Shown here: piece after piece, positions 37,246 through 46,693 of the stretch
How positions within the stretch are numbered: the first letter of the stretch is position 1
How the letters are laid out: each line of letters starts with the position of its first letter
DNA from: Candidatus Eremiobacteria bacterium
GTDB lineage: Bacteria > Vulcanimicrobiota > Vulcanimicrobiia > Vulcanimicrobiales > Vulcanimicrobiaceae
Assembly (NCBI GenBank): GCA_963758295.1
Contig: CAVWUU010000004.1
Location: 224,001 to 288,000, forward strand
Direction of reading: 5' to 3'
DNA length: 64,000 nucleotides
The notes under the pieces: generated by a model
The model's database searches: none
The model's input: the letters and a program-made list of their open reading frames with translations, nothing else
What the model was told of the DNA's origin: nothing
Made by a program: the position numbers and the translations under genes

Positions 37246-38418
37246 CTATGCTCCCGTGAAGGCGAATGAATTTGGTACGACGATACGCTCGAGAGCGTCA
37301 ATTACGTCGTTTGCGTCTTCACTACTCATAGCGGGATAAAGCGGAAGTGAGAGCAGACGTCGCCACACGGATTCAGTACGTGCCAAATTACTCATTTCAA
37401 GCGAGCGGTAGCCGCTGAATAAATGAGTTGGAATATAGTGCACCGAGGTGCCGATGTGCTCGTTGCGGAGCCTCTCGATCAATTCGTCGCGCGTTATTCC
37501 AATCATTTTTTCATCTACGAGAATTACGAACATACACCAGCTATGGCGATCGCCGGGGTTCTGAGGGCGCGCTTGCACGCTTATTCCGGGAATCTGCGAG
37601 AGGCGCTGAATGTATTGCTCGGCGATTTCGTCGCGGCGATCTTGCATTTGCCACAACGCCTTCAACTGTTCTACGCCAAGCGCCGCCATCGGATCGGGCA
37701 TGTTGTATTTGAATCCGGGTTCACGCACGTCGTAACGCCAGGATCCCGTTGCGGTGTAACGCTTCCAGGCGTCGCGATCCATGCCATGTAGCCCGAGGAC
37801 TCGCGCGCGCTCCGCGAGCACGTCGTCGTTGGTCACGAGCATTCCGCCTTCGCATGTCGTGAGATTTTTCGTCGCGTAGAAGCTATAGGCAGCCGCATCG
37901 CTTTGGGTTCCCGACCATTCGCCGCGATCGAGCATTCCGGCCGCGTGCGCCGCATCTTCGAGGACGCGGATCCCGCGCTCTCGCGCAAAAGCAACGATCG
38001 GCGCAATGTCCAGCGGGCGTCCGCCGTAGGGCATTGGGATGATGACTTTCGTCTTCGGCGTGACGACGGCTTCGATCGTTTCAAGCGTAACCGAAAGTGT
38101 TTCCGGATCCACGTCCGCGAAAACCGGCGTACCGCCGAGTTCCATCGTACATTGGGCGCCCGCGACGAAGGTGAGCGACGGCATCACGACTTCGTCGCCG
38201 GGTCCCACGCCGAAGGCATGGAGTGCCACGTGAAGCGCAGCCGTACAGCTGTTGAGCGCGATGGCATGCTTCACGCCCGCCGCGGCAGCGAACTGCGTCT
38301 CGAACTCTTTCACGAGCGGGCCCGTCGTGAGCCAGCCGTTGCTTAACGTCTCGACGACGCGGCCGATTTCTAGTTGCGAGAGTTGCGGCTTGCAGTACGG
38401 GAGGAATTCGCTTCTCAT
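37246..38418 (-). CDS. DegT/DnrJ/EryC1/StrS aminotransferase
   Basis: GWLTTGP, NSCTAALH, EDAAHA, YSFYATKNLTTCEGG. Confidence 0.93.
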   Translation of the reverse strand: MRSEFLPYCKPQLSQLEIGRVVETLSNGWLTTGPLVKEFETQFAAAAGVKHAIALNSCTAALHVALHAFGVGPGDEVVMPSLTFVAGAQCTMELGGTPVFADVDPETLSVTLETIEAVVTPKTKVIIPMPYGGRPLDIAPIVAFARERGIRVLEDAAHAAGMLDRGEWSGTQSDAAAYSFYATKNLTTCEGGMLVTNDDVLAERARVLGLHGMDRDAWKRYTATGSWRYDVREPGFKYNMPDPMAALGVEQLKALWQMQDRRDEIAEQYIQRLSQIPGISVQARPQNPGDRHSWCMFVILVDEKMIGITRDELIERLRNEHIGTSVHYIPTHLFSGYRSLEMSNLARTESVWRRLLSLPLYPAMSSEDANDVIDALERIVVPNSFAFTGA

Positions 38419-39791
38419 GGAGTCGTGATTGCCTTTCGTGGGACGAGGGACGCATTTCGCGTGAGGGCGCAAAGAATGAACGCGAGCCAAACGTATTTGG
38501 TAGTCATCACGTCGAGGAACATACTCGCGATCAGTAGACCGATGAGCGCGGCTTCGATACCGGTGCGCAATCCGTAGAGCTGGTCGCCCTGACCGATGTC
38601 GCGAAGCGAGCGGAATTGATACCAGCACGCCAGTCCGAAGATCGCCAAGCCGACAATGCCAAGCTCGACGCCGGTTGAAATTAGCACGTTATGCGGTGCG
38701 CGATGCCAGTGCGTATAATACGTCTGGCTGACGTTCAAGAATGCTTGGTCGAATGCGACTTGGAAATTTGAGAAGCCGGCGCCGAACCACGGATGCTGTT
38801 TGAACGCCGCGACGCCGACGCGCCAGATATCCGCACGTCCCGCACCGCCGGTGGAGGTTGCGTTCGAGAAACGCGCGAGCACGTTGCCGTACGCAGCAAG
38901 AGCGACGCCGATACCGGCCACGGCAAGTCCGCCGACCAGGAGACGTTTGCGCGAGCGGATGAAGACGTAGAGAAACGCGGCGAAGATCGCGAGAAGACCG
39001 CCGCGCGAACCGGCAACCGCCAATCCGCCGCCGATGACGACGATGGCCAGTGTGTAAAACACGCGAGCCATAAAGCTTCGCGTCGTCGTAATAGCCACCA
39101 ACGCCAGCGAAAACGGGAGAATCAAGGCCGCCGCAAAGTGGTTCGGGTCGACGATGTTCGCGTCGTTCGAGAGAAAAAGACGGCCGTTCGCCGAAACTTG
39201 CGTGCCGTGATGAAAGACGTACGCGCCATAGGCGCCGGCGAGTACGCCGCTAACAATGACGATGGTCACGAGCGTCGCGAGGGTTCGGCGTTGCACCGGC
39301 ATGAAAGAGATCGCGGTGTACAGGACGAGCAGTTGGAAAAACGTGAGCAAGTGATCGGTAGAAACGCTTGGATCGAGCGCCCAGATCACCGACACCAGCG
39401 AAAAAAGGAAGAAAACCGTCCAGCCGATCACCGAGCGATCGGGAACAACGCCGCGCCGCGTGCGAAGGAGCCAAAGCACGATGGCGCCGCCCGAGACGAT
39501 TGCGAGCAGCTTCGTGACCGTACCGAAGGCCGGCATACTGAGGAGGTTGTCGAACGGCACAAGCAACGCAAAGATCGAAAACGGAAAGACGAGGGGCGCC
39601 ATTAACGCGCCATAGGCGGCGCAGGGTCCGGCCACGGCCAACAGCGCGAGCGCCGTACCGGTCTTAGTGCCGGCAAGGGCGATTGCGCCCAACGCGGCAA
39701 CGATTGCAAGCGCCGCGATTGCGAACATGGCAAAGATGTTCGGTGAAGATCGAAGCGAGCGTCCGTTGTGCGCTGAAAGTCGTGCGGCCAT
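38415..39791 (-). CDS. O-antigen ligase/polymerase family membrane protein (probable Wzy)
   Basis: Multi-TM; DPNHFA, GSRGGLLA, GRADIW...HPWFGAG...APHN. Confidence 0.85.
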   Translation of the reverse strand: MAARLSAHNGRSLRSSPNIFAMFAIAALAIVAALGAIALAGTKTGTALALLAVAGPCAAYGALMAPLVFPFSIFALLVPFDNLLSMPAFGTVTKLLAIVSGGAIVLWLLRTRRGVVPDRSVIGWTVFFLFSLVSVIWALDPSVSTDHLLTFFQLLVLYTAISFMPVQRRTLATLVTIVIVSGVLAGAYGAYVFHHGTQVSANGRLFLSNDANIVDPNHFAAALILPFSLALVAITTTRSFMARVFYTLAIVVIGGGLAVAGSRGGLLAIFAAFLYVFIRSRKRLLVGGLAVAGIGVALAAYGNVLARFSNATSTGGAGRADIWRVGVAAFKQHPWFGAGFSNFQVAFDQAFLNVSQTYYTHWHRAPHNVLISTGVELGIVGLAIFGLACWYQFRSLRDIGQGDQLYGLRTGIEAALIGLLIASMFLDVMTTKYVWLAFILCALTRNASLVPRKAITTP

Positions 39792-39841
39792 ATGATGAGA
39801 TCCTAACTTTGCGGTCGTAGACGAGGTAGTTCGCACCGGCC

Positions 39842-41149
39842 CTATACCCTTGAGTCTACGGTCCTTTTGCGCCGCAAGAACGACGAAGCAACCTCCAAAT
39901 AGCTGCGGAGATCGCTCGGTCGCGGTACCAACATCGTTTGCGCGCTAATTCCCGATACTTTACGGAAGTAAAAGATCGCTGCGGTCTGCCCAAAGACGTA
40001 GGCGACGGTCGAACCGAGCGCGGCGCCTACGAGGCCGATTCGCGGAATCAACAAATAGCTCGTAACGATGCAGATCATGGCCGACGCGGATGCGAGCGTT
40101 AGCGGCACTTCCGGGCGGCCCAGGCGGATCGTGAAGTAGGTCGACATCGGACTGCCGAGCGAAAGCGCGAACACCCCCACGAGCAGCACGCGCAGCGCCG
40201 GCACAACGGGAGTAAACGCCTCGCCGTAGAGCACTCGCACGGCGATGGGCGCAACGATGGCGAGCAGGCCGCAGCAGATGCTGGCTACGAGCACGTTGTG
40301 CCGGACCGATCTCGCCGCAAGCTCGGCGGCGGCACGCTCACCGAGACTGCCGATGTGCGGAGACGTGACGACGTTGGTTACTTGCGTTGCGGTCAGCAGC
40401 GTTTCCGACGCGCTAACGGCAAGCGTGTACATACCGAGCATCGCCGGCGTACCTAGCAGGGCGACGATGTAAATGTCGGCCCGGTAGTTCAGCAGCGAGA
40501 CGAGGCCCACCGCGCCGGAGCGCGCGGCATACACGACGTACTCCCATACGCCAACGTGCCCGGGCACGAGTTTCTTGGCATCGCGCACCATCCAGATGAT
40601 CGATGCGAGTGCAATTAAGTTCGGCGAAACGACCCACACGGCAATCGCCGTCGAGGGCACGCGCCCAATGAGGAATAAGCCCAACGACATGAACGCGATC
40701 ATCGAAATATTCCCGATGACCGCAACCGACGTCGTGATGCGGATCCTGTGCGTGCCGGTTGCATACCCGGTAACGAGCATCATCGCCGCAGGTCCCGGCA
40801 GCGACAGCACCGCCGGCAGAATCGCCCACGTTGCATGCGAGAAGAATGCCAGCGCGCTCGTCGCGAGCGCGCCGACCACAAGGAAGATGGCCATCGCAAA
40901 CGCGGACGCGCGAAGCACGCCGCGTCCACCGTTGCGCCGCAACAAGTAATAGGACATCGCCGAACTCAAGCCGCCGAAGCCGGCCGTCACAATGCCTGCG
41001 CTTACCATCGGCATCGCATAGATGCCGCGGCCGTGAGAGCCCAGAGCGCGGGCGGTGATAATGCCTAGCGCTGCGGCCAGTAGCATATTCACGATGCGCA
41101 ACCCGAATGTGTACAAGCCGTCGGCGAAGAGCTTGTTCCGAAGGGCCAT
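39842..41149 (-). CDS. Wzx-type oligosaccharide flippase
   Basis: ARALGSHGRGIYA, LNYRADIYIV, GMYTLAV, LIPRIGLVGAA. Confidence 0.88.
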   Translation of the reverse strand: MALRNKLFADGLYTFGLRIVNMLLAAALGIITARALGSHGRGIYAMPMVSAGIVTAGFGGLSSAMSYYLLRRNGGRGVLRASAFAMAIFLVVGALATSALAFFSHATWAILPAVLSLPGPAAMMLVTGYATGTHRIRITTSVAVIGNISMIAFMSLGLFLIGRVPSTAIAVWVVSPNLIALASIIWMVRDAKKLVPGHVGVWEYVVYAARSGAVGLVSLLNYRADIYIVALLGTPAMLGMYTLAVSASETLLTATQVTNVVTSPHIGSLGERAAAELAARSVRHNVLVASICCGLLAIVAPIAVRVLYGEAFTPVVPALRVLLVGVFALSLGSPMSTYFTIRLGRPEVPLTLASASAMICIVTSYLLIPRIGLVGAALGSTVAYVFGQTAAIFYFRKVSGISAQTMLVPRPSDLRSYLEVASSFLRRKRTVDSRV

Positions 41150-41152
41150 TCG

Positions 41153-42196
41153 CTATACCGCCCGGTGCGAAAAGACTTCGAAGGCGGTTTTTACCAAGCA
41201 CTGCATGTACAGGTAAACGCTCGCGTTCTGAACGTAAAACAAATCGTAAGGGAGCACGCGCACGAAGTCGTCCGGCTGGAAATTGCGCGGAAGCACGAGC
41301 TGCGCCCACCCGGTCACGCCCGGGCGCACGATATGGCGTTGCGAATAGCTCGGAAACTCGATGCCGAAGCGGTCCGCATATTCGCGCATTTCCGGTCGCG
41401 GGCCGACGAGCGACATGTCGCCCAGCAGCACGTTCCAGAGCTGCGGCAATTCATCGAGGCTCGTTCGGCGCAGGAACGCGCCGGTCGGCGTGATCCGAGC
41501 GTCGCCCGGTTTTGCCCAATCGTCGCCGGCGTCCACGCGCATGGTGCGGAACTTCCACATGGTAAAGCTCTTGTCGTCGCGGCACACGCGTTCTTGGCGG
41601 AACAGAATAGGGCGGCCCGAGTCGCGCCACACCACGAGCGCTACAACGAGCATGATCGGCGAGAGCACCACCAATCCGACCGTCGCGAAGATCACGTCCA
41701 AGAAACGCATAGCGCTTTGTTGAGCGTGCCACAACGTTCCACGGCGCGATTCGCGTACGTGTTCTAACCCACCCTCGTACGGCGTGTTCCCGCGACGCGT
41801 TGCATGTAAATGGGCTGCGCACATTCCGGCGAGCGGTGCCCACACGATTTCGGCGCCGATTGCGGCAAACCAGTCGAACCCAAGGACAACGGCCATTAGA
41901 AGCCCGCCGATTCCTCCCAAAATTGCAACGCCGTACGTTGCATACCACTCGTCCGACGGCACAAGCGCGAACGACGTGCGATAGCGTCCCACGAAAGACG
42001 CAATGAGCAGCGTTGCCGCAAGGGTGAGGAACGGCACGGCACCGGAGCCCGAAATAATCGCCGTGACGACGAGCGCGACGACGGCCGCGGTACAGTCGGT
42101 AGTGACGAGCAGCAGGCCGCCGGTGCGCAGACGTTCCGGAAGACGGTGTACCGCCATTCGTTCGGTTACGCGGACCTCTTGCGTAGTGCTGGTCAT
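41153..42196 (-). CDS. Priming sugar transferase (bacterial phosphoglycosyltransferase)
   Basis: RFLDVIF, FRQERV, KFRTM, RRTSLDELPQLWNVLLGDMSLVGPRPE, RPGVTGWAQ. Confidence 0.92.
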   Translation of the reverse strand: MTSTTQEVRVTERMAVHRLPERLRTGGLLLVTTDCTAAVVALVVTAIISGSGAVPFLTLAATLLIASFVGRYRTSFALVPSDEWYATYGVAILGGIGGLLMAVVLGFDWFAAIGAEIVWAPLAGMCAAHLHATRRGNTPYEGGLEHVRESRRGTLWHAQQSAMRFLDVIFATVGLVVLSPIMLVVALVVWRDSGRPILFRQERVCRDDKSFTMWKFRTMRVDAGDDWAKPGDARITPTGAFLRRTSLDELPQLWNVLLGDMSLVGPRPEMREYADRFGIEFPSYSQRHIVRPGVTGWAQLVLPRNFQPDDFVRVLPYDLFYVQNASVYLYMQCLVKTAFEVFSHRAV

Positions 42197-42200
42197 GGTA

Positions 42201-43166
42201 TTACGCACTCCTTTGCCGGATCAAGACGGCGTGCCGCACGCGTTCGTACAGCGCGAACGCAGGACGCCGCAGGGAAAGTTCGGTGTACGGAACGGCCGTC
42301 GCGCCGAGATCGTGCTTGAAGCGCGCGACGCCTTCGAGGCCTTCGCTCGCGCCTAAGTTGTACCAATGGACGCCGCGTTCGCACGCATTTCGCAACAACG
42401 CCAAGTTGAGCGCGTTACTCGGACGATATTTTCCATAATCGCGCAGCATTGCCGCGGACCAGAAGAAGAGCTCCTCGGATCCGAAGAAGACGACGCCGCC
42501 GCCGATGGGCTTTCCGTCAAGCAACGCAAACCACAGTTGCGCATCGTCTTGACCGCGCTTCAATACGGCCTCAAGCAATTCAAAGGTGACCGGCGGCTTC
42601 GGAAGCCCCCACCCTTGGCTTGCAATCTTTAGAATATCGAAATAAATGGGCAGGTCACTCGCGCTTGCACGCTCGCAGGCGACTCCGCGCCGCTCCGCTT
42701 GTCCCGCCATGCGGCGCGTAACGCCGCGAATGTTGGAGAGCACGCTCTCGAAGCCGCCGGTGCAATCGATTACGGCCGTTTCGTAGACGTTGCTCGATGC
42801 GCGCGGGGCGCTGAGCGCGGGACCGAGCGGCCAGGGCACGATTCGCAGATGATCGACGCGGCGCGCGATTTCCGCGAGCGCCAAATTGGCACTTTCCTCG
42901 TCCATCAGGCCGCCTTCGGCATCGAGGACGCACGAGTAGCCGCCGAGCGGAAACGCCAGGTGATCCCGCATACGGAAGCGTGAGCGCGACTGCAAGGTCG
43001 GAACGATCGCGGTGCGACCGTTCACTTCCACGCACAAGGCCGCAGGCACCAGAGAAGGCGTTGCATCGGCGATAGCGAGCGCCCACGCGGGCCGCGCGAA
43101 AAATGTCGGAGCGGGATGCTCTTCGTCGTAAGCAAGCCAGTCGGCGATGCTCATCGTGCTAATCAT
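42201..43166 (-). CDS. GNAT acetyltransferase, FemAB/CelD-like (Acetyltransf_6)
   Basis: TFFARPAW...YRPSNAL...YNLGASEGLEGVARFKHDLGA. Confidence 0.75.
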   Translation of the reverse strand: MISTMSIADWLAYDEEHPAPTFFARPAWALAIADATPSLVPAALCVEVNGRTAIVPTLQSRSRFRMRDHLAFPLGGYSCVLDAEGGLMDEESANLALAEIARRVDHLRIVPWPLGPALSAPRASSNVYETAVIDCTGGFESVLSNIRGVTRRMAGQAERRGVACERASASDLPIYFDILKIASQGWGLPKPPVTFELLEAVLKRGQDDAQLWFALLDGKPIGGGVVFFGSEELFFWSAAMLRDYGKYRPSNALNLALLRNACERGVHWYNLGASEGLEGVARFKHDLGATAVPYTELSLRRPAFALYERVRHAVLIRQRSA

Positions 43167-45022
43167 GACGACTCCATTACGAGTTTGCTCCGAGTGTGCT
43201 CTCGCGACGCATTTTCCCAGGCCGCGGCGATTCGCGCGGTGCAGCGAGTGGTCGAATACGTTTCTGCAACGTAGCTTGCCGCTTCGGCTTGCACGGTAAG
43301 TTCGCCGCGCTCGAATCGTTCGAGCAACTGCGAGATCGCTCTCTGGATGTCATCGTACGAGCGAACTTGCGTGGTGAACGGGAAGTCTTGGCTCCACAGG
43401 ACGTGACGGCCGTGGGTAAGCGCCTCGAGCGTCATCAGCGAAAGTCCGTCGTGCTTCGTGAAACGAATCAGCACCGTGGCGCTGCGATAGATGTTTGCGA
43501 GAGAGGCGCACCAACCGAGCCTTATGACGTCGGCTTGCGGCGGTGCGTAGAAGTCTCCACCGCCTACGACCATAAAGCGAACGTTGCGCGCGGCGAAGGC
43601 TCGGATCAAACGTTCGTATTCGCGCCGGCCGTAGAAATCGCCGCGCGTGCGCGGCAAGTACAATAGAACGGTAAAGCGTTCCGGGAGCGGTTCGGGCTGG
43701 CTTGCCGGCAAACGCGGCGGCAGCGGTGCCAACGTCGCGTCGATGCCCAGGCGCCGCAATTCGTCGATCGTCCAATCGACTTCGGCCAAGTTGTGGACGT
43801 GCGGCTGCTGGCAGAAGCGGCGCAGCCGGCGGTCGTTATACAACGCGGTAATGTCGCTGCCGACCCAATGAATCACCCGCGGCTTGCGGAGAACCCGTCC
43901 GAGAAAGTGCACCCACCGGTCACCGATAGGCGAGCCGATGGAGTACCAAACGTCGCAGAAAAACAGCGAAAACATCGACGCGACGACTTCGAGGCGCGCG
44001 CGCGTGCGCAACATCTCGGGAAGCCATCCATAGGGATTGCGCTCCAATTCTTCTATCATCTGGGCGCAGAATAACTCGAGGCCGGAGATTGCGACGCGCT
44101 GCCGTCCTGCTACGCGTTCGCCGAGCCCCGCGACGGCTTCGTCGAGCACGGCCGTGAAGCGTTCGGCGAGCGGTCCGCGTTGAAAGTGCCGGCTGACGTA
44201 GGCGTGGCCTTCGATATTTGGTTCGAGCTCGCCGCGTTCGTGCTCGTCGCGGCGAGCTTTTAAGAGCGCCGCCGCATCGGCGGTACGCGGCGCGGTACCG
44301 ACGTGCGGGAATTCATAGTTCCAAATCACGTGGCGTCCGCGCGCCATCGCTTCCAAAACGAGCATTGACTTTCCGTCGTGCTCGGGAAGGCGCAGTAACA
44401 CCGTGGAGTCGTCGATGCGACGTTCGATGTCGTTTACGTGTCCCAAGAATTCGACATTCGCGGGAGCGATCGGATTGCGTCTGCCGCGACCAACTACGCG
44501 AAAGGGAATTTCCGGAAATTCACGCGCCAGCGAGTAAACGGCCCGCTCGCCGTAAAATGTGCGGCGCGGCTCGGGCAGGTACGTAAGGACGCTAAACTCT
44601 TTCGGCAGCGGCGCGATATGCGGCGCCGGCTGGACGGCCGTGACGGGAACGTACGTCGCTTCGATTCCAAGCTCGCGGAGTTCGTCGACGAGCCACTCAC
44701 CGTCGCACACATTGATGAAGCGATAGCGTTTGATGAGTTCCAGGAGCTGCGGATCGCGCTTGGCCGTCAGAACGTCGCTGCCGGCCCAAACCACGATAAC
44801 CGGAATGTTGCGGCGGCGCGCCACGTCGGCAAGCGCCATGTTCGGACCCGGGCCGCCGAAAGCGACGATGGCGTCGGCCGTCACACAGGCCGCAAGCGCG
44901 CGAATCGTCCCCAAACGCGATGCGGGATAGTAGCGCAAATTCCAGCCGGAAGAGCGTTCGTTTATCAGATTGGACAGAAACTCGCCGTGATAATCGAAGC
45001 CGACGACAACGGCTTTACGCAT
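43163..45022 (-). CDS. Tandem double glycosyltransferase-like protein
   Basis: Two ~310-aa homologous halves (WAGSDV/WVGSDI, DELRELGI/DELRRLGI, HDGKSMLVLEA/HDGLSLMTLEA). Confidence 0.75.
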   Translation of the reverse strand: MRKAVVVGFDYHGEFLSNLINERSSGWNLRYYPASRLGTIRALAACVTADAIVAFGGPGPNMALADVARRRNIPVIVVWAGSDVLTAKRDPQLLELIKRYRFINVCDGEWLVDELRELGIEATYVPVTAVQPAPHIAPLPKEFSVLTYLPEPRRTFYGERAVYSLAREFPEIPFRVVGRGRRNPIAPANVEFLGHVNDIERRIDDSTVLLRLPEHDGKSMLVLEAMARGRHVIWNYEFPHVGTAPRTADAAALLKARRDEHERGELEPNIEGHAYVSRHFQRGPLAERFTAVLDEAVAGLGERVAGRQRVAISGLELFCAQMIEELERNPYGWLPEMLRTRARLEVVASMFSLFFCDVWYSIGSPIGDRWVHFLGRVLRKPRVIHWVGSDITALYNDRRLRRFCQQPHVHNLAEVDWTIDELRRLGIDATLAPLPPRLPASQPEPLPERFTVLLYLPRTRGDFYGRREYERLIRAFAARNVRFMVVGGGDFYAPPQADVIRLGWCASLANIYRSATVLIRFTKHDGLSLMTLEALTHGRHVLWSQDFPFTTQVRSYDDIQRAISQLLERFERGELTVQAEAASYVAETYSTTRCTARIAAAWENASREHTRSKLVMESS

Positions 45023-45551
45023 GCGGTTCCCCGCTCGCGGCCACAAGACGGTCAAGACCGGGCGCATCGAGCGGTCCTACGTTGATGGCGCGCACGACGC
45101 CGTCGCGAACGACGATGGTTTCTGGAATGACTCGTGCTCCGAGAAGGACGTTGGTTTGTCGATTCGGATCGACCATAATAGGATAGCCCAGATTAAATTC
45201 GTGGGCGAAGGCGGTAACGGCGGAAGCCGGTTCGCCTTGATCGATCCCGACGACTTCGATTCCCCGCTTGTGAAACTTCACGGCGGCCCGCGCGATTGTC
45301 GGCGTTTCTTCGCGGCAAGGCGGGCACCACGTGGCAAAGACGTTATAGATCACCGTCCCGTGCATCGGAACGACGTTCACCGGACTCCCGTCCAGTGAAA
45401 CGAGCGAAAGAGCGGGCAGTGGCTCGCCGGCTTTAACGGCGCGCGAGCCGTGGTGGTAGTGCGTCCGAAGAACGAGCGCCGCGATCACGATCGCGCAGAG
45501 CGCGAGCGGCACGAGCGGAAACTTGAACCAACGTCGTCTGGGTTGGACCAT
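45015..45551 (-). CDS. TlpA-like thiol:disulfide oxidoreductase
   Basis: N-terminal TM; FATWCPPCREETP; IPET. Confidence 0.9.
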   Translation of the reverse strand: MVQPRRRWFKFPLVPLALCAIVIAALVLRTHYHHGSRAVKAGEPLPALSLVSLDGSPVNVVPMHGTVIYNVFATWCPPCREETPTIARAAVKFHKRGIEVVGIDQGEPASAVTAFAHEFNLGYPIMVDPNRQTNVLLGARVIPETIVVRDGVVRAINVGPLDAPGLDRLVAASGEPHA

Positions 45552-45705
45552 GCTCTAGTGATACCAGAGAGCATGGCTCGCTTGACTGCCCTTGATTTCC
45601 CGAACGCGACCGGGCTTTTCGCCGTTTCATGCGGGTCCGCGAGCCTGTAGGGTCTGTTGTAAGCGGTCGATCTCGTGCCGCAGCAAGCATAAAGGATTGG
45701 TGGAA

Positions 45706-46581
45706 ATGAAACGGTTTACTCCAGCGCCGCTGCTCGGCGCATCGGTCATCGCTCTTTGTTCCCTCCTGGCCGCATGCGGCGGCGGCGGCGGCGGTGGCGG
45801 CTCGACGCCACCGGTGAATAGCGGCGGCGGAAACGGCGGAAACGGCGGCGGACCGACGCCCGGCAGCACCGCCACGCCGACCCCCGGCAGTACGGCAACG
45901 CCGACCCCCGGCGCAACCGGTACGATGGCGATCAACGGCACCGGCTTAGCGAACGCGACGGTTGCCTTCACCTGCGGCTGCAACGGTCAAGCGGGCAAAG
46001 TGACGGCCGGCGCTAGCGGCAACTACACGATCAACGTGCCGGCGACCGCTTTCAACGGCTCGGGCACATATACGCCGGCCGGTCACAACTTGATGGTTAT
46101 CGGCTATGCGGGCGGCTCGCACGCCCAAGCGTGGACGATGGAGTTCTTCGGAACGACTCCCTCGCACAATCTGAACCTGAGCGGAAACTCGAGCGGTAAC
46201 ACCTCCGACGAGTTCACGACCGCTGCGGCGCTGTACGTTTATTACGAAACGGCCCAGTACTACAGCGCGCATCCGAGCAGCGACAACACCTACGATATCT
46301 GGAACTTCAATAATATCGCTTCGTTCGAGCAGAGCATGAAAGCGAGCGGCGGCAACAACGCTTCGGAAGTCAAGCTGATTGCCGACATCAAGACCGCGCA
46401 GAGCGCCGGCACCAGCATGTACCCGGTGTTGCCGCAATGGGATCCGAACGGCTCGGTGAGCGGTGCCGGATCGACGCCCAACTCAACGATTGTCAACGAT
46501 ATTCGATCGGTCGCCGGCTCGGGCGATACGAATCTGCCGCAAATTTGCGGTACGAGCTGCAGCGGCGCGCCCACTCCGTAA
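45706..46581 (+). CDS. Hypothetical lipoprotein with Gly-rich and Pro/Thr linker
   Basis: Lipobox LAAC + GGGGGGG; SD AAAGGA; PTPGSTAT repeats. Confidence 0.75.
   Translation: MKRFTPAPLLGASVIALCSLLAACGGGGGGGGSTPPVNSGGGNGGNGGGPTPGSTATPTPGSTATPTPGATGTMAINGTGLANATVAFTCGCNGQAGKVTAGASGNYTINVPATAFNGSGTYTPAGHNLMVIGYAGGSHAQAWTMEFFGTTPSHNLNLSGNSSGNTSDEFTTAAALYVYYETAQYYSAHPSSDNTYDIWNFNNIASFEQSMKASGGNNASEVKLIADIKTAQSAGTSMYPVLPQWDPNGSVSGAGSTPNSTIVNDIRSVAGSGDTNLPQICGTSCSGAPTP
45853..45912 (+). repeat. 24-bp coding tandem repeat (~2.5 copies; PTPGSTAT)
   Basis: ccgacgcccggcagcaccgccacg / ccgacccccggcagtacggcaacg / ccgacccccggc. Confidence 0.8.
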
Positions 46582-46693
46582 GCATCCAACCTGGCACCAG
46601 GCTCACTGCTATAGGAGCCTGGTGCCATCGGATGGCGGAAATTGGGCCGCCTGGGTCACCAGCACGGATGAGTATTTTCGTAGGATAGGAGAT

